A stretch of 64,000 nucleotides of DNA from Thermodesulfobacteriota bacterium (GTDB lineage Bacteria > Desulfobacterota > BSN033 > UBA1163). Shown in pieces: positions 40,130-47,843 of the stretch (positions within the stretch are counted from its first letter, which is position 1; each line of letters opens with the position of its first letter). The DNA is taken from positions 80,759 to 144,758 of the forward strand of contig JAOAHX010000003.1 in NCBI GenBank assembly GCA_026415035.1, written 5' to 3'. A program made the translations under genes and the position numbers. The notes beneath the pieces are model-generated. The model was not told the origin of the DNA and made no database searches. It saw only the letters and a list, made by a program, of their open reading frames with translations.

Positions 40130-40854
40130 AGCACGACGAATCCCATCGAAGCAAAGGGCCCCATCGAAGGGGACAGGGAGATCCGCAGGCCTTCCATCCT
40201 GACCGGATCGATGAGGTCCTCGAACTCATCTGGACGTTGAGGGAGAAAGGGATCTCCGGCCTCGATCAGCTTCTGGCAGAGGTCAACGACCTCGAAGCCC
40301 GATCGATCCTCCGACAGATGGTCAAAGATGACCTCTTTGAACTCAAAGACAACCGGGTCCTCTTAAAGGACCGGGGAGAGGAAAAGGCGAGGGAGATCAT
40401 CCGCCGCCATCGTCTGACCGAACGACTCCTCTCGGAGATCTTCGAGATGTCGGAGGAAGAGGTGGAGATGGAGGCCTGCAAATTGGAGCATATCCTCAGT
40501 CCCGGGGTGACCGACAGCGTCTGTACCTTTCTCGGCCACCCTCCCACCTGTATCCATGGCAAGCCAATTCCGAGGGGGGAGTGTTGTGCCAAATTTAAGA
40601 AGGAGGTGCCTCCCCTGGTCATCCCCCTCTTAGACCTGGGGTTGGGCGAGGAGGGGCGGATCGTCTTCATCGCACCCAGGTCCCACCCGCGGCTCCACCG
40701 ATTGAGCGCCCTGGGCATCGTTCCGGGAAGCGTGGTGCGGATGCATCAGAAGAACCCTTCTTATGTGCTCCAGATTGGAGAGACGACCCTGGCCCTCGAT
40801 GAGGAGGTGATTAAGGACATCTATGTGAAGAGGGGTTCTAAAGGGGTGGGTTAA
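40126..40854 (+). CDS. DtxR/MntR-family metalloregulator with a C-terminal FeoA (SH3-like) domain
   Basis: RRHRLTERLLSEIF...EACKLEHILS...GHPPTCIHGKPIP forms the DtxR dimerisation/metal-binding core. The C-terminal GEEGRIVFI...LSALGIVPGSVVRMHQ is the FeoA domain. SD is GGAGGAAGG. Confidence 0.85.
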   Translation: MKHDESHRSKGPHRRGQGDPQAFHPDRIDEVLELIWTLREKGISGLDQLLAEVNDLEARSILRQMVKDDLFELKDNRVLLKDRGEEKAREIIRRHRLTERLLSEIFEMSEEEVEMEACKLEHILSPGVTDSVCTFLGHPPTCIHGKPIPRGECCAKFKKEVPPLVIPLLDLGLGEEGRIVFIAPRSHPRLHRLSALGIVPGSVVRMHQKNPSYVLQIGETTLALDEEVIKDIYVKRGSKGVG

Positions 40855-40863
40855 AATGGGGGG

Positions 40864-42672
40864 TCAGCTTTGGGATCCCCCTTCTTTTTTGCCCTCGCCC
40901 TCCAGGCGGCGGCGTTCCATCTCTTCCTGGATGAGCGCGCCGAGGCTGTTCAAGCTCCCACTCTGATTCGATAGGTACCGTTCGACCTCCGACTTCTCCA
41001 TCCTCTCCTTCAGGCCCTTCAGGCTCAGCCCGATCCTCCGCTCTTGGGGATCGACGTGGAGGACGAGGGCGGTGACCGAATCGCCCGATTTGAGGACATC
41101 GGAAGGCCTCTCCACCTTCTCTCGACTGATCTCGGAGACATGGATCAGCCCCTCGATCCCTTCTTCGAGTTCGACAAAGGCGCCGAAATCGGTTACGTTC
41201 GTCACCCTTCCATGGACGATCTCGCCCTTCCGATAACGCCGGCTCACCTCTTTCCATGGATCTGGGGCCAACTGTTTGATGCTCAGGGAGAGGCGCTCGT
41301 TTTTCGGATCGACGCTCAGGATGACGGCCTCGACTTCCTGTCCCTTCTTAAAGAGTTCGGAGGGGTGTTTGACCTTCTTTGTCCAAGACATTTCCGAGAC
41401 GTGGACCAAACCATCCACTCCCTCTTCCACGCCGACGAAGATCCCGAAGTCGGTGATCGTCTTCACCTTGCCTGAGATGCGCATGCCCGGGGGGTATTTC
41501 TCTGCGATCACCTCCCAGGGATTGGGGGTGACCTGCTTCATCCCGAGAGAGATCCGGCGCTTCACCGGATCGCAGTCGAGCACCATCACCTCCACCCGAT
41601 CGCCTTGGCGGACGACCTTGGAGGGATGCTTCATCTTCTTCCCCCAGCTCATCTCCGAGATATGGACCAGGCCCTCGAGGCCTTCCTCGAGTTCGACGAA
41701 GACCCCGTAATCCGTGATATTGACGACCTTCCCCTGGACCCGTGTGCCCGGAGGATACTTCTCCAGGGCCGTATTCCAAGGATCCGGAAGGGTCTGTTTC
41801 AGACCCAACGAAACCTTCCCTTTCTCCCGATCGAAGTGGAGGACCTTCAAGGTCAGCCGGTCTCCAACCGAAAGTTTCTCTGAGGGATGTCCCACCCTTC
41901 CCCAGCTGATGTCGGTGATATGGAGGAGGCCATCCAATCCGCCCAGATCGACGAAGGCGCCGTAATCGGTCAGGTTTTTAACGACCCCCTCCACAAGCTC
42001 TCCCTCCTGGAGTCGATTCAGGGTCTCCTCTCTCAGGATCCTCCGCTCCTCCTCCAAGAGGACCCGCCGGGAGAGGACGATGTTATTTCGCTTCCGGTTG
42101 AACTTGATCACCTTGAAGGGGAACCTCTGGCCGATCAGTTCGTCCAAGTTTGGGACCGGTTTCAGGTCGATCTGGGACCCGGGCAGAAAGGCGTGGATCC
42201 CGCCGATGTCGACCGAGAGCCCTCCTTTGACCTTGGAGACCACCTCGCCCTCGATCACCTCGCCCTCTCGGAAGGACCGCGTCACATCCTTCCAGATGTT
42301 GATCCGGTCCGCCTTCTCCTTAGAGAGGATGAGAAATCCTCCCTCTTCATCCTTCTTCTCTAAATAGACATCCACGGAATCGCCCACCTTGAGGTCCACC
42401 TTTTTGTTCCTCTTTCGAAACTCCTCCATCGGGATCTGGCCTTCGCATTTGTACCCCACGTCCACGGTCACATGGTCGGGCGTGATCTCGATCACCGTCC
42501 CTCTCAAGATCTGGCCTTCCGTGATCTCCTTGAAGCTCTCCTCATAAAGGGTTTTAAAGTTTTCCGTCTCCTCCCTGCGATGGTATGGGGTCGCTCCTTC
42601 CTCTGGTCCCTTCTCCTCCTGAGGACCCTCTTTCAAAGCTTCCATTGCAGGTGCCGATCCATTCTTCTCCAT
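40864..42672 (-). CDS. rpsA: 30S ribosomal protein S1
   Basis: 602 aa with six S1 repeats (e.g. G.VV.I..FGAFVEL..G.EGL.H.SE). Confidence 0.95.
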   Translation of the reverse strand: MEKNGSAPAMEALKEGPQEEKGPEEGATPYHRREETENFKTLYEESFKEITEGQILRGTVIEITPDHVTVDVGYKCEGQIPMEEFRKRNKKVDLKVGDSVDVYLEKKDEEGGFLILSKEKADRINIWKDVTRSFREGEVIEGEVVSKVKGGLSVDIGGIHAFLPGSQIDLKPVPNLDELIGQRFPFKVIKFNRKRNNIVLSRRVLLEEERRILREETLNRLQEGELVEGVVKNLTDYGAFVDLGGLDGLLHITDISWGRVGHPSEKLSVGDRLTLKVLHFDREKGKVSLGLKQTLPDPWNTALEKYPPGTRVQGKVVNITDYGVFVELEEGLEGLVHISEMSWGKKMKHPSKVVRQGDRVEVMVLDCDPVKRRISLGMKQVTPNPWEVIAEKYPPGMRISGKVKTITDFGIFVGVEEGVDGLVHVSEMSWTKKVKHPSELFKKGQEVEAVILSVDPKNERLSLSIKQLAPDPWKEVSRRYRKGEIVHGRVTNVTDFGAFVELEEGIEGLIHVSEISREKVERPSDVLKSGDSVTALVLHVDPQERRIGLSLKGLKERMEKSEVERYLSNQSGSLNSLGALIQEEMERRRLEGEGKKEGGSQS

Positions 42673-42706
42673 TCAAAAAAACCCCCTTCTCGCCAAAGTT
42701 CAGTTG

Positions 42707-42735
42707 TTTATACCACACCTATAAAAAAAAGACAA
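42707..42735 (-). promoter_or_regulatory. sigma-70-type promoter for rpsA
   Basis: The minus strand reads TTGTCT, a 17-nt spacer, then TG-G-TATAAA (extended -10). It is about 35 nt upstream of the rpsA ATG, in the ispH-rpsA gap. Confidence 0.55.
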
Positions 42736-42740
42736 ATCGT

Positions 42741-43592
42741 CTATCTCCCTTTCCGATGGAGATTCCTTAAGGCCCTCACCACCTCCTCGATCACCCAGGA
42801 GGGGGTGGAGGCCCCTGCCGTCACCCCGATCTTCTCTTTTTTATAGAGCCATTCGGGGCGGATCTCGTCCGCGGTCTCGATGGCGTAGGTGGCGGGTTGA
42901 ACTTCGCGGCAGATCTCTCCCAGCCTTCGGGTGTTGGCGCTGTTGTATCCCCCGATGACGATCATACAGTCGGCCTTTCGGGCGATCTCCACCGCCTCCT
43001 TCTGCCGGAGGGTTGTGGCATGACAGATCGTATTGAAGACCCTGACCTCCTTGGCCCTCGATAGGCTTGCCCGGACGACGTCTCGAAATCGGTCGAAGGA
43101 CTGGGTGGTCTGGGCGATGACGCCCAGCTTCTTCCAGGGCCCCATCCGGCTCACTTCTTCGGAGCCCCTGACGACGACGACCTCCCCATCGAGGTAGCTC
43201 TGGATGGCCTCGACCTCCGGATGGTCGGGGTCCCCAACGATCATGAGGGCATAACGATTCCTGCAGAGAAATTTCGCATGGAGGTGGGCCTCCTTCACGA
43301 TAGGGCAGGTGGCATCGACGATCCGGATCTTCCTTTTGGCCTTCAGGCGTTGAAGATCGGTCAAGGAAACCCCATGGGATCGGAGGATGACGGTCCCCTG
43401 GGCGATCTCTTCGACTCGATCCCTGACCTCGATTCCGAAGGTCTCCAGATAGGAGACGGCTTGTGGATTGTGGATCAAAGGCCCGAGGGTATAAAGGGGA
43501 GGGCGATGTCTCCGGGTGGCCTCCAGGGCCATCTCCATCGCCCGCTTGACACCGAAACAGAACCCCGCCGACTTAGCGATGAGCAGCTTCAC
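42741..43592 (-). CDS. ispH: 4-hydroxy-3-methylbut-2-enyl diphosphate reductase
   Basis: 283 aa with SAGFCFGVKRA, CPIV and NTIC cluster-ligand contexts. Confidence 0.93.
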   Translation of the reverse strand: MKLLIAKSAGFCFGVKRAMEMALEATRRHRPPLYTLGPLIHNPQAVSYLETFGIEVRDRVEEIAQGTVILRSHGVSLTDLQRLKAKRKIRIVDATCPIVKEAHLHAKFLCRNRYALMIVGDPDHPEVEAIQSYLDGEVVVVRGSEEVSRMGPWKKLGVIAQTTQSFDRFRDVVRASLSRAKEVRVFNTICHATTLRQKEAVEIARKADCMIVIGGYNSANTRRLGEICREVQPATYAIETADEIRPEWLYKKEKIGVTAGASTPSWVIEEVVRALRNLHRKGR

Positions 43593-44274
43593 CCGACCCT
43601 CGCTTTTCGTGAATCACGCGGACCATCACCTCCACAACCTCCTCTACCGAACGGTCGGTGGAGTCGATCAGGTAGGCATCATCGGCTTTTCGAAGGGGTG
43701 AATGGGATCGGCTCATATCGCTCCGGTCCCTCTCGGTCACTTCCCGCAGGGTCTCCTCGAAACCGACCGAGAGGCCTTTCCCGACAAGCTCCTGGTGTCG
43801 CCTCCTCGCCCTCTCCTCCGGGAGGGCGTCGAGGTAGAATTTCACATCCGCATCGGGAAAGACGACCGTCCCGATGTCCCTGCCCTCCAAGACCACGCCC
43901 CCCATCTGCCCCATCTCCCTCTGAATTCGGACCAGGGCCTCCCTCACCATTGGGCTTCGAGAGATCTCCGAGGCAAACCGGCTGATCTCCGGGGTGCGGA
44001 TGGCCTCGGTGACATCCTCCCCGTTACAGAGGAGACGATTCCCCTTCCCGTCGTTCAGAAAGGAGAGACGGATCGAAGCGAGCAGCTGGGAGAGGCCTCT
44101 TGTGTCCTCCGTCCCGATGGCCCTTTTTCTCATCTCGAGGGCGACGGCCCGGTACATGGCACCCGTATCGATGTAGAGGTAGCCCAACCGTTCTGCCAGC
44201 GCTTTGGCGGCCGTGCTCTTGCCCGCTCCGGAAGGCCCGTCGATGGCGATGATCATTCGCTTCTCCGCACACAT
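43573..44274 (-). CDS. cmk: cytidylate kinase
   Basis: IAIDGPSGAGKST P-loop, YIDTGAMYRA, and a 20-nt overlap with ispH. The start may be M7 (44256). Confidence 0.93.
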   Translation of the reverse strand: MCAEKRMIIAIDGPSGAGKSTAAKALAERLGYLYIDTGAMYRAVALEMRKRAIGTEDTRGLSQLLASIRLSFLNDGKGNRLLCNGEDVTEAIRTPEISRFASEISRSPMVREALVRIQREMGQMGGVVLEGRDIGTVVFPDADVKFYLDALPEERARRRHQELVGKGLSVGFEETLREVTERDRSDMSRSHSPLRKADDAYLIDSTDRSVEEVVEVMVRVIHEKRGSGEAAHR

Positions 44275-44605
44275 GTCCAGCCAAACCTGAGGAGGGAAGA
44301 AGGGATGTCAGGTGCTCTCAAAACAAATCGGGTTTACCACATCGCGGAACAATTTTCAAGGATGGGGCGCCAAGGGATCGGACCCGCAGGTCCGCCCGAA
44401 ACCCTGGGCGAAGGCCTCTCAGAGGCTCTCTCCCTGAATCCGGTTGAGGCCCTTGCTCAAGGCCTCGTCCGTCTCAAGGGCCAGCTCGCAACCAAGATCC
44501 GCGATCTGCAGGAGGTAGGGGAAAGGGGCATTGGGGTCCACTAACGTTGACGTCCTGGGCAACCCCCCTGGAATATCGGCCGTACGGTAGTAGATCACCC
44601 CTCTT

Positions 44606-45817
44606 TCAACCCATGAGGGAGGAGCCTTCTCTGCTCAGGAGGCGCCTTCCCACCCATTCGACCATCTCTTCGGTGGCCTTGGAGAATTCCCTCGCCGTGG
44701 CGATCATGGCCGGATGGGAGATAAATTGGTCCGGCGTGTAACCCTCTTCGTCATATGCCCTCTCGAAATACGGGATCCTACGGAGTTTATCGAGGACCGC
44801 CCGAGGCACCTCCGCATCGATCTGGGGGGTGAAGGTCACGCCCTCGAGGTTATCGAAGACGGCCTCGATGAAAGGAGGCGGACAGGTGAAGACGATGTCC
44901 CCGCCGGCCAGCTTCTCGAGGTGCCAGCAGTGCTTTCTTCCGTCGACCACCGGACCGATCCTCATCGAACAGATCAGCATTTTGCTCGGGTAACCCCTCT
45001 CTTTGAGGAGCCAGTAGGCCTTCTTGAAGATGGCGATCTCTGCCCACCGGACATCGGCCTCGGTGAGATCGATCTTCAAGGCCTCCGCCTCCCTGCGAAG
45101 GTCTCCGAGATCTCCGTAACGAGCCGTCATGTGGGTGATGACGGATCGCCACCGGGACAGATCGACGCCGTTTTTTTTAGCTATCTCCAGGCCCTCCTGG
45201 ACCGCCTTCGCACAGGCCATCAACTGGGGAAGCACGAAGGTGAGGGTATTGTTGGTGGGGATGCCCAGGGATGTGAGAAAACGGATCACCTCATAGCCTT
45301 CCTTGGTCCCCGGCACCTTGATCATCACATTGGGCCCGAGGCTTGCCAAGTCGAGGGCCTCCTCGATCATCCTCTTCGCATCGGTGAGATGCCTCGGATC
45401 GACCTGGCCGGAGAGGTAACCGTATCGAAAGCCCGAGCGTCTGAACACCTCTAAAAACATCTCGGCCCCTCTCCGGATGATCTCCTTGTAGGTCATCCAG
45501 AAGAGCGACTCCCGATCAAGGGTCCCGTAGGTTTCCAGGAGGCGATCCACGATCTCGTCGACGTAGGGGCCCCTCGCCTTCATCACGTTTAACGAAAGGG
45601 GCGGATTCGTGGTCACCCCACGAAAAAGGGTATCGCCTGGACGATCGGAATCGAAAAGCCGCTTCAGGCTCTTTTGCAGGGCTTCAGCCCTCTCCGGGCC
45701 GACCCGCTGCAGAAATCCCTCGGCCCAGCGGTCATAAATCAGCGGCGAGGAATCCCACCAGATCTCCGCCCCGGGGTGGGTCTCCATCAATCTTTCAAAA
45801 GGCGTTGGCTGGGTCAT
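44606..45817 (-). CDS. transaldolase-family protein (long form, about 403 aa)
   Basis: GVTTNPPLS and MIKVPGTKEG (Schiff-base Lys context) motifs. Start reassigned to ATG 45817, which forms an ATGA overlap with the aminotransferase stop. The 89-aa track extension is Arg/Gly/Pro-rich. Confidence 0.8.
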   Translation of the reverse strand: MTQPTPFERLMETHPGAEIWWDSSPLIYDRWAEGFLQRVGPERAEALQKSLKRLFDSDRPGDTLFRGVTTNPPLSLNVMKARGPYVDEIVDRLLETYGTLDRESLFWMTYKEIIRRGAEMFLEVFRRSGFRYGYLSGQVDPRHLTDAKRMIEEALDLASLGPNVMIKVPGTKEGYEVIRFLTSLGIPTNNTLTFVLPQLMACAKAVQEGLEIAKKNGVDLSRWRSVITHMTARYGDLGDLRREAEALKIDLTEADVRWAEIAIFKKAYWLLKERGYPSKMLICSMRIGPVVDGRKHCWHLEKLAGGDIVFTCPPPFIEAVFDNLEGVTFTPQIDAEVPRAVLDKLRRIPYFERAYDEEGYTPDQFISHPAMIATAREFSKATEEMVEWVGRRLLSREGSSLMG

Positions 45818-46926
45818 GCCTCCTTCTCCCCACGCCTCTGCTGGATGAAACGCCGGAGGGCCTGGACACAGAGGGCGTTCTCTTCCTGCGTCCCGACACT
45901 GATGCGGAAAAGCCCCCCCCTGCCGCGGAAGGGCCCAAAGGGTTTGAGGAGGATTCCTGCCTCTTCCAGCAGGTGCTCCACCACTTCTTTCCCCGTGACC
46001 CCAGCCTCCGTCGCATCGACGAGGACATAATTGCCGTGAGAGAAATAGGGCCTCACCCCCGGGATTTTTGAAAGCTCCTCGCAAAGGTATTGGACACCGG
46101 CATTATTATAGGCGGCCTTCCGCCTCATCTCCTCCATATCATCCAGGACGGCTTCGGCCGCGGCCAAGGCGAGGAGGCTCGTGTTCCAGGGGAGCTGCAT
46201 CTTCCGAAAATACCCGATCAGGGCCTCGTCGGCTAAGGCATAGCCCAACCGGATTCCCGCGATGCCGTAGGCCTTCGAAAGGGTATGGGAGACAACGAGA
46301 TGGGCATATTCCCGGACCAGGGGGGCCTTCGATTCATGCTCTGGATGATATTCGAGGTAGGCCTCATCGATCAGGAGGGGAATCCCGAGTTCCACGAGCT
46401 TCATGAGGTCCTCGTCCGGGATGAAATGGCCGGTCGGGTTATTGGGCCTGCAGACCACCATCAATTTGGTCTTGGGGGTCACCGCTCGGAGCATCGCCTC
46501 CACATCGTATTGAAAATCCGGGGTCAGGTCGACGGAGACGACCTGACCTCCCACCGCCCGGGTCCGGAGGGCATAGAGGGAGAAAGTGGGAGAGGGAAGG
46601 ACCACTTCATCCCCCGGGGCGACGAAGAGGCGAACCACCATGTCGATGATCTCGGATGACCCGGAACCGAGATAGACATTTTCCGGACCGAGGTCATAAA
46701 GTTTCGCGATCTTTGCCCGGAGGCGGGGTCCGTTATCGGGATAACGATTTCCCATCTTGGCTGCCTCAAGAATCGCCTGAAGAACCCTCTCGGAGGGGGG
46801 GATCGGGTTCTCGTTGACCATCATCCGTTTGAGTTCAGGTCTCGACCAGGCGAGCGTCAGGTCCTCGGTATCGTAGGGGTTCACCTGGTCCATCCAAGGA
46901 ACGAGATAGCGCTTGAAGTCACCCAT
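45814..46926 (-). CDS. class I/II PLP aminotransferase, HisC-like
   Basis: 370 aa with NENP, RYPD, PNNPTG and the PLP-Lys motif SHTLSKAYGIAGIRLGY. Confidence 0.85.
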   Translation of the reverse strand: MGDFKRYLVPWMDQVNPYDTEDLTLAWSRPELKRMMVNENPIPPSERVLQAILEAAKMGNRYPDNGPRLRAKIAKLYDLGPENVYLGSGSSEIIDMVVRLFVAPGDEVVLPSPTFSLYALRTRAVGGQVVSVDLTPDFQYDVEAMLRAVTPKTKLMVVCRPNNPTGHFIPDEDLMKLVELGIPLLIDEAYLEYHPEHESKAPLVREYAHLVVSHTLSKAYGIAGIRLGYALADEALIGYFRKMQLPWNTSLLALAAAEAVLDDMEEMRRKAAYNNAGVQYLCEELSKIPGVRPYFSHGNYVLVDATEAGVTGKEVVEHLLEEAGILLKPFGPFRGRGGLFRISVGTQEENALCVQALRRFIQQRRGEKEA

Positions 46927-47020
46927 GCGTCCTCCTGTCCGTTCGGTCCGTTTCCATAGAAACAGAAACTCGCCCTTCCGATTTGAGGCCGGCAGGCCTC
47001 CTCGCGGGGGTCAACCCTTC

Positions 47021-47038
47021 TACCTGTCTACACAGGTA
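47021..47038. promoter_or_regulatory. candidate GntR/HutC-type operator (7-4-7 palindrome)
   Basis: TACCTGT-CTAC-ACAGGTA contains the GT-N-AC core (TGTCTACACA) typical of GntR/HutC operators. It lies 21 nt after the GntR stop and about 95 nt upstream of the aminotransferase ATG. Confidence 0.45.
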
Positions 47039-47058
47039 ACCAGAGGAAAAGCTCTTTG

Positions 47059-47829
47059 TCAAGAGGGCCTGTCCTCGAGATCGCACCGGTACCTCCCCGA
47101 TTCCACCTCGAAGACATATTTGTCCCCCCGGTGATAGGCGTGGAGGACCTCCACCGGTATGTTCTTCGAATCATAGATCACGCTTTCGAGGAAAATGGCG
47201 GGCGAGTGGGGCGGGACCTCGAGCCATCGGGCATCCTCCGGGGAGAGGAGGACCGCCCGGAAGGTCTGGATCGAACGGTGGAGGTCGACGCCGAACCTTT
47301 TGGTCAGGAGATGGTAGAGGGAACCCGTTAAGCGCATTTTGAGTAGGGGCCGGTACTCCTGATAGGGCAGGTAACTCCGTTCGATCACCAGGGGGAGCCG
47401 ATTGCCCAACCGGAGCCTCTCGGTGAGGATCACCCGCCTCTCCCGACCCAGCATCAATTTTTCGGCCACGTTGGGAGGCGCCTCGATCACGGCCTTGTGA
47501 ATCAACCTCGTCTTTGGGGTGATCCCCATGCGGATCATATCGTCGGTAAAGCTGGAGATGTTCTGGAGGGAATATTTGACCGGTTGGACCGCCCGGCCGA
47601 GGACGAAGGTTCCCACGCCGTTCTTTTTCTTGACGATCCCCTTGGCCACCAAATCCGCGATCGCCTGCCGGACGGTATTCCGGTTCACCTGGAACCACTC
47701 CGCCAGTTTCGATTCCGAGGGTAATTTGTCGCCGGGCTTAAAACGGCTCTTCTGGATCATCTCCATCAACCAGTGGCTGATCTGGAGATATTTGGGAACG
47801 CCCGATTCGAGCGAAAAGGTCTCGGCCAT
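47059..47829 (-). CDS. GntR-family (HutC/PhnF subfamily, UTRA effector domain) transcriptional regulator
   Basis: PSESKLAEWFQVNRNTVRQAIADLVAKGIV wHTH plus a C-terminal UTRA-like domain. ATG 47829 is preceded by AAGGAGGGG. The alternative ATG 47847 overlaps the permease stop as ATGA. Confidence 0.85.
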   Translation of the reverse strand: MAETFSLESGVPKYLQISHWLMEMIQKSRFKPGDKLPSESKLAEWFQVNRNTVRQAIADLVAKGIVKKKNGVGTFVLGRAVQPVKYSLQNISSFTDDMIRMGITPKTRLIHKAVIEAPPNVAEKLMLGRERRVILTERLRLGNRLPLVIERSYLPYQEYRPLLKMRLTGSLYHLLTKRFGVDLHRSIQTFRAVLLSPEDARWLEVPPHSPAIFLESVIYDSKNIPVEVLHAYHRGDKYVFEVESGRYRCDLEDRPS

Positions 47830-47843
47830 CCCCCCTCCTTTTT

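Noticed and set aside
44300-44480. A possible SRP, 6S or other housekeeping RNA in the cmk-upstream gap (GGTGCT...TTTACC, GCAGGTCC).
   Set aside because: The conserved SRP domain IV motif (GGAA...AGCA) and the RNase P and tmRNA signatures are absent. The gap is kept only as an unexplained region in the findings.
45818-46084. N-terminal extensions of track ORFs: transaldolase here, and also miaA 29529-29690, truA 33920-34051, hfq 28579-28743, acyl-CoA dehydrogenase 53118-53186 and feoB 37905-37964.
   Set aside because: The extensions overlap the upstream gene in another frame or run across upstream intergenic sequence (miaA, acyl-CoA dehydrogenase), and they are Arg/Gly/Pro-rich or lack any family-typical sequence. 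Internal ATG or GTG starts with SD sequences or ATGA/GTGA stop-start overlaps give family-typical N-termini.
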